Shown piece after piece: positions 8,952 to 18,278 of a stretch of DNA of 31,273 nt. Below the pieces are notes generated by a model, which saw only the letters and a list, made by a program, of their open reading frames with translations, searched no databases and had not been told where the DNA came from. The DNA is from Promethearchaeota archaeon (lineage in GTDB: Archaea; Asgardarchaeota; Lokiarchaeia; Sigyniarchaeales; SOKP01): positions 1 through 31,273 of the forward strand of contig JAHPZJ010000009.1 of NCBI GenBank assembly GCA_019058245.1, read 5' to 3'. The translations under genes and the position numbers were made by a program. The number at the start of each line of letters is the position of its first letter. Position 1 is the first letter of the stretch.

Positions 8952-9806
8952 ATGCCTAAATTACCACTTTTATATGAAATATTAATGGTAGTAGTTCTTT
9001 TTAGCTTAGTTTTCATTGTCTTTCAAAGAAAGTATAAATTAAAAAGAGAAACTTTAGCTTTTAAAGTAATGACAATTAATATTTTATCCACTATTGTGTT
9101 GTTGTTACTTGTGATAATCGCACTAGATACTTTTAATGGCGAGATTATTGTTATTATATGTATGGTCCCTCCTGCTGTTTCATTTGTTTTCTATTCATTT
9201 TATTATGTTATTAAAGTTATTCGACGCCAAGAGAATACAATTAAGGATTTGTTAAACTCTAGTTCTGAAATTTCAATAACAGTAGCAAATATCGCTTCTG
9301 AAATGGCAGCGAGTGTGAGTGAAGTAAATGCAGCTTCAGAAGAAATAACCTCTAAAACTACTGGAATTGCTTCAGATTCTCAAGAAGTTGTAAACTCCTC
9401 AAATAAAATTCAAAGTATAATGGAACTCATAACCAATATCTCAGATCAAACAAATTTATTAGCTCTTAATGCTAGTATTGAAGCAGGAAGAGCTGGTGAT
9501 CATGGAAGAGGATTTGCGGTCGTAGCAGATGAGGTTAGAAAATTAGCAGAAGAATCAAAAAAAGCGGTGCAAAATACAGATTCTGAAATTAGAGAAATTA
9601 TTGATAAAATTGTAAGAACATCTTCCTCTATCGAGGAGATAAGTGCATCAACAGAGGAGCAAACGGCTTTAATCATGGAAATATCAACTACAGCACATAA
9701 ATTGGGGACATTAGCCGAGGATTTGAAAAACCAACTAACTCAATTTGATTTTACATCTCAAAATATAGAAGCTTCTAAAAAGCTAAAAAAAAAGTATTTG
9801 GATTAA
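8952..9806 (+). CDS. MCP-like protein, shorter tandem paralog
   Basis: [38 protein letters not shown]; [14 protein letters not shown] and [12 protein letters not shown] shared with 7697..8650. Confidence 0.9.
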   Translation: MPKLPLLYEILMVVVLFSLVFIVFQRKYKLKRETLAFKVMTINILSTIVLLLLVIIALDTFNGEIIVIICMVPPAVSFVFYSFYYVIKVIRRQENTIKDLLNSSSEISITVANIASEMAASVSEVNAASEEITSKTTGIASDSQEVVNSSNKIQSIMELITNISDQTNLLALNASIEAGRAGDHGRGFAVVADEVRKLAEESKKAVQNTDSEIREIIDKIVRTSSSIEEISASTEEQTALIMEISTTAHKLGTLAEDLKNQLTQFDFTSQNIEASKKLKKKYLD

Positions 9807-9926
9807 TATTTTCGAATCTAAAATTTTCTTTTTTTTATCAGAATTAGAGAGAATCATTTATTAATGTAAGTATAAATTAATATTCATAATAATTCTTATT
9901 TCTAATCTTTTTATTTCTGTTATAAA

Positions 9927-10505
9927 ATGAATGATAATCTATATTTTCGAAGAATAAATGAAATTGAAAAACAAATAATTTCCAATGAATATTCTATTAT
10001 CTCTATAGAGTTTCCTAAAATTATAGAGAATCTTAAAACACGTTTATATATTTCAATAGATAAATTACAAATTAAAAATAAATTCCCAAATATCTATTTA
10101 ATTCCTGAATCTCAAATAAATTTATTAAGAACTCTAGATAATGATAAAATTATCTCAGTAGGTCTGTATTTTGGTTTTATTAAAAAAGGAAAGTTCTATC
10201 TTAGTTTAGAAGGTGCAGAATTTTTATTCAATAATAATTTACTTTCTGATCTTAAGATAATCCAAGTAAGTGATAAAGGAGAAAAATCTATTTTATATGG
10301 AAATAACATCTTAAACAATATGATATATACTATTCCTGATTTCTTAAAAGAAAATGATATTCTATTGGTTGTCAATAGAAATGAAGAAATCATAGCACTT
10401 GCATTGTCTAAAATGAATTCTCAAAAAATTCAAAAAATCCACCCGGATGAATTGATTGCGATAAACTTAATTGATAAAGGAGTTTATCTGAGAGAAAACC
10501 AATAA
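9927..10505 (+). CDS. nip7: Nip7-like ribosome biogenesis protein (PUA domain)
   Basis: S.GLYFG..K.GKF.LSLEG, EKSILYGN.I and D.G.YLR patterns; adjacent to Nop2-like methyltransferase. Confidence 0.8.
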   Translation: MNDNLYFRRINEIEKQIISNEYSIISIEFPKIIENLKTRLYISIDKLQIKNKFPNIYLIPESQINLLRTLDNDKIISVGLYFGFIKKGKFYLSLEGAEFLFNNNLLSDLKIIQVSDKGEKSILYGNNILNNMIYTIPDFLKENDILLVVNRNEEIIALALSKMNSQKIQKIHPDELIAINLIDKGVYLRENQ

Positions 10506-10540
10506 TAGGGCTTTATTCAGATTGAATATCTATTAGAAAA

Positions 10541-11527
10541 TTAATCTTTTCTTTTTATAAGACAGAAATAAAATCCAATTGTATCATGAATATAAGGATA
10601 TAACCGTTGAGATAACTTTAACCCTTCTATTAATTTTGAGCCATATACTTCCGTTAAACCTTTTACACCATAGTTCTTAGAAATCTCAATTATAGAAAAT
10701 TCATTTGTATTCTGTAAAACTCTATCAATTACTAATTCATTCTCTTCTGGAGCAATTGAACATGTGCAATATAATAACAATCCTCCTGATTTCAAAGAAT
10801 TTAATCCCGCTTTTAGTAATTTTTTTTGAATTGAAGCCATTTTTTCAAGATCTTTCATTGTTTTATTTTTTTTTCTTTTTGGATCTTGTCTTATTAACCC
10901 TTCACCTGTACATGGAGCATCTAATAAAATTTTATCGGCTCTTATTTTTAGTTCTGATAAATTAATGGAATCCATATTAAGTACAACTGAATTAATCACA
11001 CCCATTCTACGTATGTTAATAAGTAAGGCAGGAATTCGATTCTTATATTTATCAATCAAAATCAATGTTCCCTTATTTTTCATTAATTGAGCTAAATGAG
11101 TTGATTTACTCCCAGGAGCCGCACACATATCAATTACAATCTCATTTGGCTTAGGATCGAGTATGACTGCCGAAAGCATAGAAGCAACATTTTGTAGATA
11201 ATAATATCCATGTAAGTATTCATGTAAAGAACCTAAGTTAGAAGACTCCTTAGTTACATTAAATCCATATGGAATCCATTCAATCTTTTCTAATTCAAAT
11301 CCTTTACCTTCCAATGTTGCCTTTAATTCTAAAGCAGATATTTTAAGAGTATTTACTCTGATAGATGGTATTAAGGGTTTTTCATTTGCTTTTAATAATT
11401 TTACTGCCTCATCTAATCCTAGAAATTGAATATATCTTTGTACCATATAAGGGAGATAATCATATTCTTCAGCAAGTCTTCTTGCATCCTTTTGCAATTC
11501 AGTAATGAATATATCAACTCGATTCAC
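10541..11527 (-). CDS. NOL1/NOP2/RsmB-family RNA m5C methyltransferase (probable GTG start at 11527)
   Basis: IRVNTLK, DMCAAPGSKS, LLDAPCTGEG and YCTCSI..EENE motifs; the ORF-track extension to 11671 overlaps cyaB and looks non-coding. Confidence 0.9.
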   Translation of the reverse strand: MNRVDIFITELQKDARRLAEEYDYLPYMVQRYIQFLGLDEAVKLLKANEKPLIPSIRVNTLKISALELKATLEGKGFELEKIEWIPYGFNVTKESSNLGSLHEYLHGYYYLQNVASMLSAVILDPKPNEIVIDMCAAPGSKSTHLAQLMKNKGTLILIDKYKNRIPALLINIRRMGVINSVVLNMDSINLSELKIRADKILLDAPCTGEGLIRQDPKRKKNKTMKDLEKMASIQKKLLKAGLNSLKSGGLLLYCTCSIAPEENELVIDRVLQNTNEFSIIEISKNYGVKGLTEVYGSKLIEGLKLSQRLYPYIHDTIGFYFCLIKRKD

Positions 11528-11588
11528 ATTTATTAATAGTAATATAAAATTATGTATTATATTTGTTATCAGAGAAAGAATATGTCTT

Positions 11589-12197
11589 ATGATTGAAGTA
11601 GAAATTAAGGTTAGAATATTAGATCCAGAGGCCATAAGAAATAATTTTAGGCAAAAAGGAGGTATATACAAATTATCATTAGAGCATGAAGATATTTACT
11701 TTAACATGCCAGAGGGATTAAGAGATTTTAAAGAGTCCGATGAGGCTTTAAGATTAAGGAAATCTATTGCATTCAATGAATCTGATGATTCAATTGGAAA
11801 AAAAACTGATTTTTATCTTACCTATAAAGGAAAAAAATTGGATAACTCAACAAAAACACGTGAAGAAATTGAAATTAAAATCGAAGATATTGAAAAAACA
11901 AAGAAGTTATTAAAAATATTAGGTTTCCAAGAAATTCTCACTATTAAAAAAGAAAGAGAATTATATGAATTTAAGTTAAAATCATATCATATAGAAGCGT
12001 TAATAGACTATATACCAACTTTAAAACAATATTTTATTGAAGTAGAATGTTTACTAGAAGCATCTGATAACTATGAAAGCTCTAGAGATGTTTTATTCGA
12101 GTTCTTAAATCTTTTTGGTATTAAAAAAGAAGAATCTATAAGAAAATCTTATTTAGAACTGATAATGGATAATTTAATGGAAAAATTAGAGAATTAA
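11589..12197 (+). CDS. cyaB: CYTH-domain protein (class IV adenylate cyclase / triphosphate tunnel enzyme)
   Basis: MIEVEIK (ExExK), D.YF, ALRLR, LTYKG, REEIE, FIEVE, SYLEL. Confidence 0.88.
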   Translation: MIEVEIKVRILDPEAIRNNFRQKGGIYKLSLEHEDIYFNMPEGLRDFKESDEALRLRKSIAFNESDDSIGKKTDFYLTYKGKKLDNSTKTREEIEIKIEDIEKTKKLLKILGFQEILTIKKERELYEFKLKSYHIEALIDYIPTLKQYFIEVECLLEASDNYESSRDVLFEFLNLFGIKKEESIRKSYLELIMDNLMEKLEN

Positions 12198-12225
12198 TTG
12201 AGTATATTTTGAAAATATACTCAAT
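12197..12225. terminator. Perfect 14-bp inverted repeat after cyaB (terminator-like or operator)
   Basis: ATTGAGTATATTTT-G-AAAATATACTCAAT between convergent genes. Confidence 0.5.
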
Positions 12226-12358
12226 ATGGAAATGGAAAAGAGAATAACTTAATTGAAAATTCTCTTTATGGCATTAATATTAATAAGAGGATAAGATTAT
12301 AAGAATAATAAGGAGTCCAATTTTTAAATAACTAAATTTTTAGAATCAGAATAAAAGA

Positions 12359-12637
12359 TTATTTTTTTAAGTCTGTATACTCTCCATCCATTATTCTGGC
12401 AATATATCGTCTTCCTTTAATAATCCACATGATTTTATGCCCTTGTCTTGCTTTTTTTCCCCATTCTGATTTTTTATTGCGATTTTGTTCTATATATCGA
12501 TATCCAAAAAGATCAATATATCGAACTCCACTTGAAAATTTGTTAATTGGATATTCAATCTCATCTAATTTAACTATTTTTTTCCTTTCAAATAGAGCAT
12601 GATAAATTATCTTTCCATTCTCTCTTAAATTTTCCAT
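12359..12637 (-). CDS. Small basic hypothetical protein
   Basis: Clean 92-aa ORF with an EQN..K.S.W...AR.G..I motif; function not recognised. Confidence 0.7.
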   Translation of the reverse strand: MENLRENGKIIYHALFERKKIVKLDEIEYPINKFSSGVRYIDLFGYRYIEQNRNKKSEWGKKARQGHKIMWIIKGRRYIARIMDGEYTDLKK

Positions 12638-12771
12638 ATAATTATATCAAATGAAATTGTAATTATATTTTATTCTTAAGTTACATCTTACCAGCTTTTG
12701 TTTAATAAATCTAAATTTATTATTCAGTCTTAGAATACAATGAAAACTACTGTAGTGAATAATCCGATATA

Positions 12772-13908
12772 TTAGGTGAGATCTGATCTTATTACTTCAT
12801 GATGACATACCGAAAGCGAGGTATTAGATGGTGCTATTATACTTAAATTCTCCAAAACCTCAACACAAGAAGATAAAATCACTAAATTTTGATTATTCCC
12901 TTTTAATTTAACTCCCTCATGAATTAAACAATTATCAGATACTATAGCCTTTTCAATATAAACATTATTGGAAATATAAGCTTTATTGTAAATTAAGGTA
13001 TCCTTGATTTCAGAATTTGCACCTATATAAACATTATCTCCTATAACTACATTTGGTCCAATCCGGCAATTTTTTCTAACAACTACATTTTCTCCAATAG
13101 TAACAGGAGGATATATTAGAGCTTTACCATCGATATCAAGACTATCATCAATTAAATTCTCCTTTTTTTCATCTGAACTAGCTAACAAATCATTCATTAG
13201 TTGAATATTACCTTCTAATAATTCTTCTGGTTTTCCTATATCCTTCCAAATACCTGGAATTGGATAATGATATAATTTCTCTTCACTTACTAAAATAGGA
13301 AAAACATCATGCTCCATTGACATTTTCTTATTAGGTTCAATGTATTTAAAAATTTCAGGCTCTAAAATATAAACACCAGCATTGATGGGCATTGGGACAT
13401 ATTTTCCATCTGGAGGTGAATATTCGGTCTTTTCAAGAAATTTTAATATTTTATTTGATTGTTTTTCAGTAATTAAAACACCATATCTTGATGGATCAGG
13501 AACAACTTTACTAGCTATTAGTCCTAATCCTTTAAATCTTTCATGAGTTTGTAACATTTCTTTAAAATTAAAATTTAAAATGACATCCCCATTCAACATG
13601 AAAAAATTATCGTCTTTTAAGTATCTTTCAGCTAATTTAATTGCTCCAGCTGTCCCTAAAGGGTTTTTTTCATCAGTATAATAAATCTTTACTCCGAATT
13701 TACTTCCATCTCCAAAATATTCTTTTAATACATCATCCATCACACTTACGGCTAATACAATATTTTTAATTCCAGCGGATTTTAGTAATAATATCTGTCG
13801 TTCTATAACAGGTTTATTTACTACTGGAATCAGAGCTTTAGGGATTGTACAAGTTAAAGGACGTAAGCGGGTTCCCCAGCCACCTGATATAATTATACCT
13901 TTTGTCAT
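12772..13908 (-). CDS. NDP-sugar pyrophosphorylase (mannose-1-phosphate guanylyltransferase-like) with C-terminal left-handed beta-helix
   Basis: GGWGTRLRPLT..PK, PLGTAGAI, LNGD, W.DIG.P; hexapeptide repeats IGENVVV..IGPNVVIG. Confidence 0.9.
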   Translation of the reverse strand: MTKGIIISGGWGTRLRPLTCTIPKALIPVVNKPVIERQILLLKSAGIKNIVLAVSVMDDVLKEYFGDGSKFGVKIYYTDEKNPLGTAGAIKLAERYLKDDNFFMLNGDVILNFNFKEMLQTHERFKGLGLIASKVVPDPSRYGVLITEKQSNKILKFLEKTEYSPPDGKYVPMPINAGVYILEPEIFKYIEPNKKMSMEHDVFPILVSEEKLYHYPIPGIWKDIGKPEELLEGNIQLMNDLLASSDEKKENLIDDSLDIDGKALIYPPVTIGENVVVRKNCRIGPNVVIGDNVYIGANSEIKDTLIYNKAYISNNVYIEKAIVSDNCLIHEGVKLKGNNQNLVILSSCVEVLENLSIIAPSNTSLSVCHHEVIRSDLT

Positions 13909-14055
13909 TGTGAGAAGTAAGTCGGTACATTAAAATTCTTTTAGAATATTTTTAAGGAATTAACATTCTAATTAAAATTTATTGTCTAATTATCTAATTT
14001 GATTAAAAAGGATTAAATAAATTTGTTTTAACTAAAAAAAAGAGAAAATAAAGAG

Positions 14056-15822
14056 TTACTTTTTAAATAATGGATCTGCTTCTTGTAGGACTCGTCTCTG
14101 AACTTTTCCCATAATATTTTTAGGAACCTCATCAATAAATTCAATGATGGCTGGGCATTTCCATTTAGTCATATTTTTTTCAGTCCAAGCAATTAATTCA
14201 TCTTCAGTAATTTTGCCTATATAATCCGATTTTAAAGCAACCCATGCTTTTGTTATTTCACCAACCTTGCCTTTAGGATCTGGTAATCCTGCGACAGCAG
14301 CTTCTGATACGGCTTCATGGCTCATAAGCATTGTCTCTACTTCAGCTGGAAATACTGAATGCCCTGCAACTTTAATTAATTGTTTCTTTCTGTCTCTTAT
14401 AGCTATAGTTCCATCATCATTCATAAAGCCAATATCTCCAGTTAAAAGCCACAATCGATCATCCCATTCTTTAATTGTTTCTGCTGTTTCTTCTGGTTGG
14501 TTTAAATATTCTTTCATAACTTGTGGACCGCAAATACAAATTTCTCCAGTATGTTCTTCTCCATATTTTGATCCTGGTAGACCATCTGCTATTGACCCTT
14601 TCTCAAATTCCTCTACATCAAAAATACCCCAATCTGTGCCTGTAAATGGCATACCTATAGTACCAACTGGACTTTCACCGAATAGATTTCCCGCACTTAC
14701 TACAGGACTTGTTTCTGAAAGCCCATATCCTTCTACAATTCTTCCTTGAGTATTTTCTTGAAATGATTTCTGTACAGGAGCATGCAAGGGTCCTGCACCT
14801 GAAATACACAGTCTAAGTCTTCCCATCAAATTTGGAAATTTCTCTAAATTTGGAAAGTCCGCTATTCTCTTGAATAAAATTTCAGCACCTGCATAAAAAA
14901 GACCTTTTGGAGCATCAATATGAGTAATTTCTTTTAAAAATTCGCCAGTAGGTGGTGGTCGCGGAAAAAGCATCATCCATCCCCCCAAAGCTATAGTAAC
15001 ATTCATAACTGTTGTCATTGCAAATGAATGGTACAGCGGAATTACTCCAATATCCCCCACACCAGGATCTTCACCTCCAACCCACAAAACACATTGTTTT
15101 GCATTAGAAACTAGGTTAAAGTGGGTTAGAACCGTTGCTTTAGGGATTCCCGTAGTTCCCCCTGTCATAATATACGTAGCGGTATGTTCAGTAGGATCAA
15201 ATTCTACTTTGGGAAGATCAGGTTCGGATTCAAGAAGATCTAATAAGTTTATAGCACTGGGAAAATCAACCTTTCCCTTAGGAATCTTACCCAACATTTT
15301 TCCTAATGTTTTTTTTATTCCTGATAACCCTGTAGCTAAATCAGCTATATTTGTGTAAATGACCATCTCAATATTAGTTCTATTTATGATCGGGCGTGCT
15401 AATTCTCCATATAGTGCATCTAAAGTAATTAAAACCTTTGAATTCGTCATTTTAAGTTGATGTAATACTTCTAAAGGTTTATAAGTAGGATTAATACCAG
15501 TTGCAATGGCTCCTAATTTCACTGTTGCATAAAAACAAATTACATATTGAAAACAATTTGGCATTAAAAATGCAATAATATCTCCTTTTTTCACACCCAA
15601 TTTGTGAAGAGAGGTTGCTAAAGAATCTATAGCTAATCCAGTTTGCTCGTAAGTCATCCAGGATTCAATAAACCACATCATTCTTTCATTAGCATATTTC
15701 TTGCGTTGGGTTTCAAAAAAATCCCCTAAAGAAAGTTTCTCGAATGTAGTATTTTTTGGAGTTTCTTTTGGCCACCATTTTTTGAACCATGCTTTATCTT
15801 CATTTACTTGCCATTCTGCCAT
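14056..15822 (-). CDS. Long-chain fatty-acid--CoA ligase (AMP-binding enzyme); probable ATG start at 15822
   Basis: TGGTTGIPK, EGYGLSE, TGDIG, DRKK and GKVQRR motifs; AAGGTGA SD upstream of the ATG. Confidence 0.9.
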   Translation of the reverse strand: MAEWQVNEDKAWFKKWWPKETPKNTTFEKLSLGDFFETQRKKYANERMMWFIESWMTYEQTGLAIDSLATSLHKLGVKKGDIIAFLMPNCFQYVICFYATVKLGAIATGINPTYKPLEVLHQLKMTNSKVLITLDALYGELARPIINRTNIEMVIYTNIADLATGLSGIKKTLGKMLGKIPKGKVDFPSAINLLDLLESEPDLPKVEFDPTEHTATYIMTGGTTGIPKATVLTHFNLVSNAKQCVLWVGGEDPGVGDIGVIPLYHSFAMTTVMNVTIALGGWMMLFPRPPPTGEFLKEITHIDAPKGLFYAGAEILFKRIADFPNLEKFPNLMGRLRLCISGAGPLHAPVQKSFQENTQGRIVEGYGLSETSPVVSAGNLFGESPVGTIGMPFTGTDWGIFDVEEFEKGSIADGLPGSKYGEEHTGEICICGPQVMKEYLNQPEETAETIKEWDDRLWLLTGDIGFMNDDGTIAIRDRKKQLIKVAGHSVFPAEVETMLMSHEAVSEAAVAGLPDPKGKVGEITKAWVALKSDYIGKITEDELIAWTEKNMTKWKCPAIIEFIDEVPKNIMGKVQRRVLQEADPLFKK

Positions 15823-15977
15823 TCTTTTCACCTTTTAAGTTGTTTTAATAGAGATTTCAAATTTTTATTAATAATTTTAATTATTAAAATTAATTTCTTT
15901 AAATTTTAAAATTTTATAAAAGTTAAGTTTATACTTTATTTACTAAAAATTTCAGTAAGAATTTTACCAAAAATTAT

Positions 15978-16739
15978 TTATAGGAATACTATTTCATATA
16001 AATCTCTTAAATTTGAGATAATCTTCCATGGAGTTATTCCTAAATTGTTTTTTTGAGGGTTTTTACCTACTTTTTTTGAAAAATAATCATTACCAGTTAA
16101 AATTCTTTTTATTTTTTGACGCTGAATTAAGATTGGTTTAATACCTGCATTTGTAGCACCTTCAATATCTTCACTACTATCACCTATGAAAACAACCTCC
16201 TCAGGTATTAACCCAACTTTTTTAAGTGTAATATGAAAAATTTTTGGATTAGGTTTTTTAACTCCAAGTTCTCCTGAAATCGCTATAAATTTGAAATATT
16301 TAGTAATTTGATATTTAGATAAAACTGTATAGATTGATGGTTGATGATCAAAATTAGTAACCAAGGCTAAGGTTTTTTTATCTTTCAAATTATCTAATAT
16401 AGGAATTGTTTCTGGGTCAATTATCACATGTTTTTGCCACGCATTAACAGTGGCATCAGCAATTTCTTTAATTTCAAATTTTTCTAGTTTTACATTTAAA
16501 TCGATTGCCAATGTATTTATCCTATTTTCATAAACAGTTAAATCTTCTTCACTTTTTGTTGGTTCTGGTCTATCAAAAAATTCTTTACATGTATTTGTAA
16601 ATTCGTTTTCAGTCAAATCTAATCCATGCCTTTTCATAAATTTATAAAAAGTATTAAACCAGTTCTTCCATGCTTTCTTGTTATTTTTAGGCACTAATAA
16701 TGTCCCATAAAGATCGAAAAAAACTCCTTTTAACAACAT
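15978..16739 (-). CDS. HAD-superfamily hydrolase
   Basis: FDLYGTL, VTN, KPNP.IF, FIGDS..DI.GA. Confidence 0.9.
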   Translation of the reverse strand: MLLKGVFFDLYGTLLVPKNNKKAWKNWFNTFYKFMKRHGLDLTENEFTNTCKEFFDRPEPTKSEEDLTVYENRINTLAIDLNVKLEKFEIKEIADATVNAWQKHVIIDPETIPILDNLKDKKTLALVTNFDHQPSIYTVLSKYQITKYFKFIAISGELGVKKPNPKIFHITLKKVGLIPEEVVFIGDSSEDIEGATNAGIKPILIQRQKIKRILTGNDYFSKKVGKNPQKNNLGITPWKIISNLRDLYEIVFL

Positions 16740-16878
16740 ATTCTCAATTTAGCCTAAATTAATTAAATTCTCTAGAGAACTCTGATTTTTTAAATTATGT
16801 AAAATATAATAACAAAAATTAAATGATAAAAATAATTCGAAATACTTAGAATTTGAAAAAACAAAAAGTATAGGAAAA

Positions 16879-17241
16879 ATGACGTGTATTCACGGTTTAG
16901 ATGAAATCAATTGTCCTACTTGTCGATTTTTGAAATCTACGACACCATTAAAAGAAATAAATCCAAGAAGTAGAAATTTTCTGAAAATTAAGCATCCTCT
17001 CTTTAAGAATAATAGAAATCTTGGGGATAAGCTTATTAGTGAAATAACACCAAAAAAAACTGGTCAGCATTTTCCCATTTTTATATCAAAACCTCATTCT
17101 ATTAATGAAATCCCTGACTTTAGAAATGAGTTCTTCTATGAAAGGATTAAGGAACTCGATTTAACTAAAGAAGATAATTATAAAATCCGAAAAAAGATCT
17201 CTCTTGAAAATCCTGAGTGGAAGTTTGAAGAAGAAACTTAA
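16879..17241 (+). CDS. Hypothetical protein with N-terminal CxH..CxxC putative zinc knuckle
   Basis: MTCIHGLDEINCPTCR; AGGA upstream of the ATG. Confidence 0.7.
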   Translation: MTCIHGLDEINCPTCRFLKSTTPLKEINPRSRNFLKIKHPLFKNNRNLGDKLISEITPKKTGQHFPIFISKPHSINEIPDFRNEFFYERIKELDLTKEDNYKIRKKISLENPEWKFEEET

Positions 17242-17388
17242 TAACTAAAATAGTGTATTGTAGTTTCTTTTCATTTTTAGCCTTAATTTATTAATTTTGA
17301 GATATAAATATAAGATATCTGATGATAATAATATAATATAAATCATTTTTTGAAATAATGAATATAACCAAAATGAGGTGAATCTCAA

Positions 17389-18030
17389 ATTTTTATTTAT
17401 TGGCTTGGTCACGCTGCTTTTAAAATAAAAACCCCTAGTGGAAGGAATATATATCTTGATCCTTACCAGCTTAAAGAAGGAGAAGAAAAGGCAGATATAA
17501 TTGTCTCAACACACACACATGGGGATCATTTTGATTCAAGTAGTATACAAAAATTGATGAAAGATGACACAATTGTAATAGGCCCTGAAAGTGCCTCTAG
17601 TAATTTGCAGGAATTTAATGGGACACCATTAAAATTAAACGATTCTATTGATTACAAAGATCTTTCCATTGAATTAGTTCCAGCCTATACTATTAAAAAA
17701 CCAACTCATCCAAAGAATAATAAATGGGCAGGGATAATAGTAAGTGCAGAAGGAAAATGTGTTTACCATGCGGGAGATACTGAAAAAATTCCAGAAATGA
17801 AAGAACTTGCAAGTCGTAAGATTACAGTAGCATTAATGCCATGTGGAGGAACATATACAATGGATTTTGATGAATCTACAGATGCAACTATAGATGTGCA
17901 ACCAGAAATAGTTGTCCCAATGCATAATTGGGGAAAAGATTTGACTGAATTCAAGAAATTGCTTGAGAAAAAGGATCCTAATATTAAAGTAGAAATCTTA
18001 GAAAAAGGTGGCAAACCGCTACAAATCTAA
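17389..18030 (+). CDS. Metallo-beta-lactamase-fold hydrolase; true start lies upstream of the ORF-track start at 17554
   Basis: In-frame upstream sequence reads IFIYWLGHAAFKIK..YLDPY..ADIIVSTHTHGDH (HxHxDH); later YHAGDT and VPMHNW; start codon uncertain. Confidence 0.85.
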   Translation: MFIYWLGHAAFKIKTPSGRNIYLDPYQLKEGEEKADIIVSTHTHGDHFDSSSIQKLMKDDTIVIGPESASSNLQEFNGTPLKLNDSIDYKDLSIELVPAYTIKKPTHPKNNKWAGIIVSAEGKCVYHAGDTEKIPEMKELASRKITVALMPCGGTYTMDFDESTDATIDVQPEIVVPMHNWGKDLTEFKKLLEKKDPNIKVEILEKGGKPLQI

Positions 18031-18278
18031 TATTAAACTGTTTTAATATTTCTCTTTTTTTATTTTATTAAGATTTTCAAATTTAAACGAAGTGTGTTGA
18101 AAATCTAAAAAATACTATTTTTTTTAATGAATTTTATAATAGTTATACAGGTACTAATCCCATCTAGGTGGAGATATATATAATAATGAAGAAAAATATA
18201 AATAAAAAATTCTAAATATGAATTTATTTTTTAATAATCAAAAGAATGGATGAAATAGATTCCTGTTGGTAATGGAAA

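Noticed and set aside
11505-11671. Apparent head-to-head overlap of Nop2-like and cyaB ORFs
   Set aside because: Artifact of longest-ORF starts; family motifs begin near 11527 (-) and 11589 (+)
14267-14749. 160-aa antisense ORF and the other shadow ORFs (1001-1276, 3534-3725, 6775-6960, 7039-7296, 10196-10393, 10705-10965, 17763-18014, 19825-20010, 20138-20371, 20161-20460, 28308-28562, 30745-30969)
   Set aside because: They lie within or opposite well-supported genes and have I/S/F-rich shadow composition with no motifs
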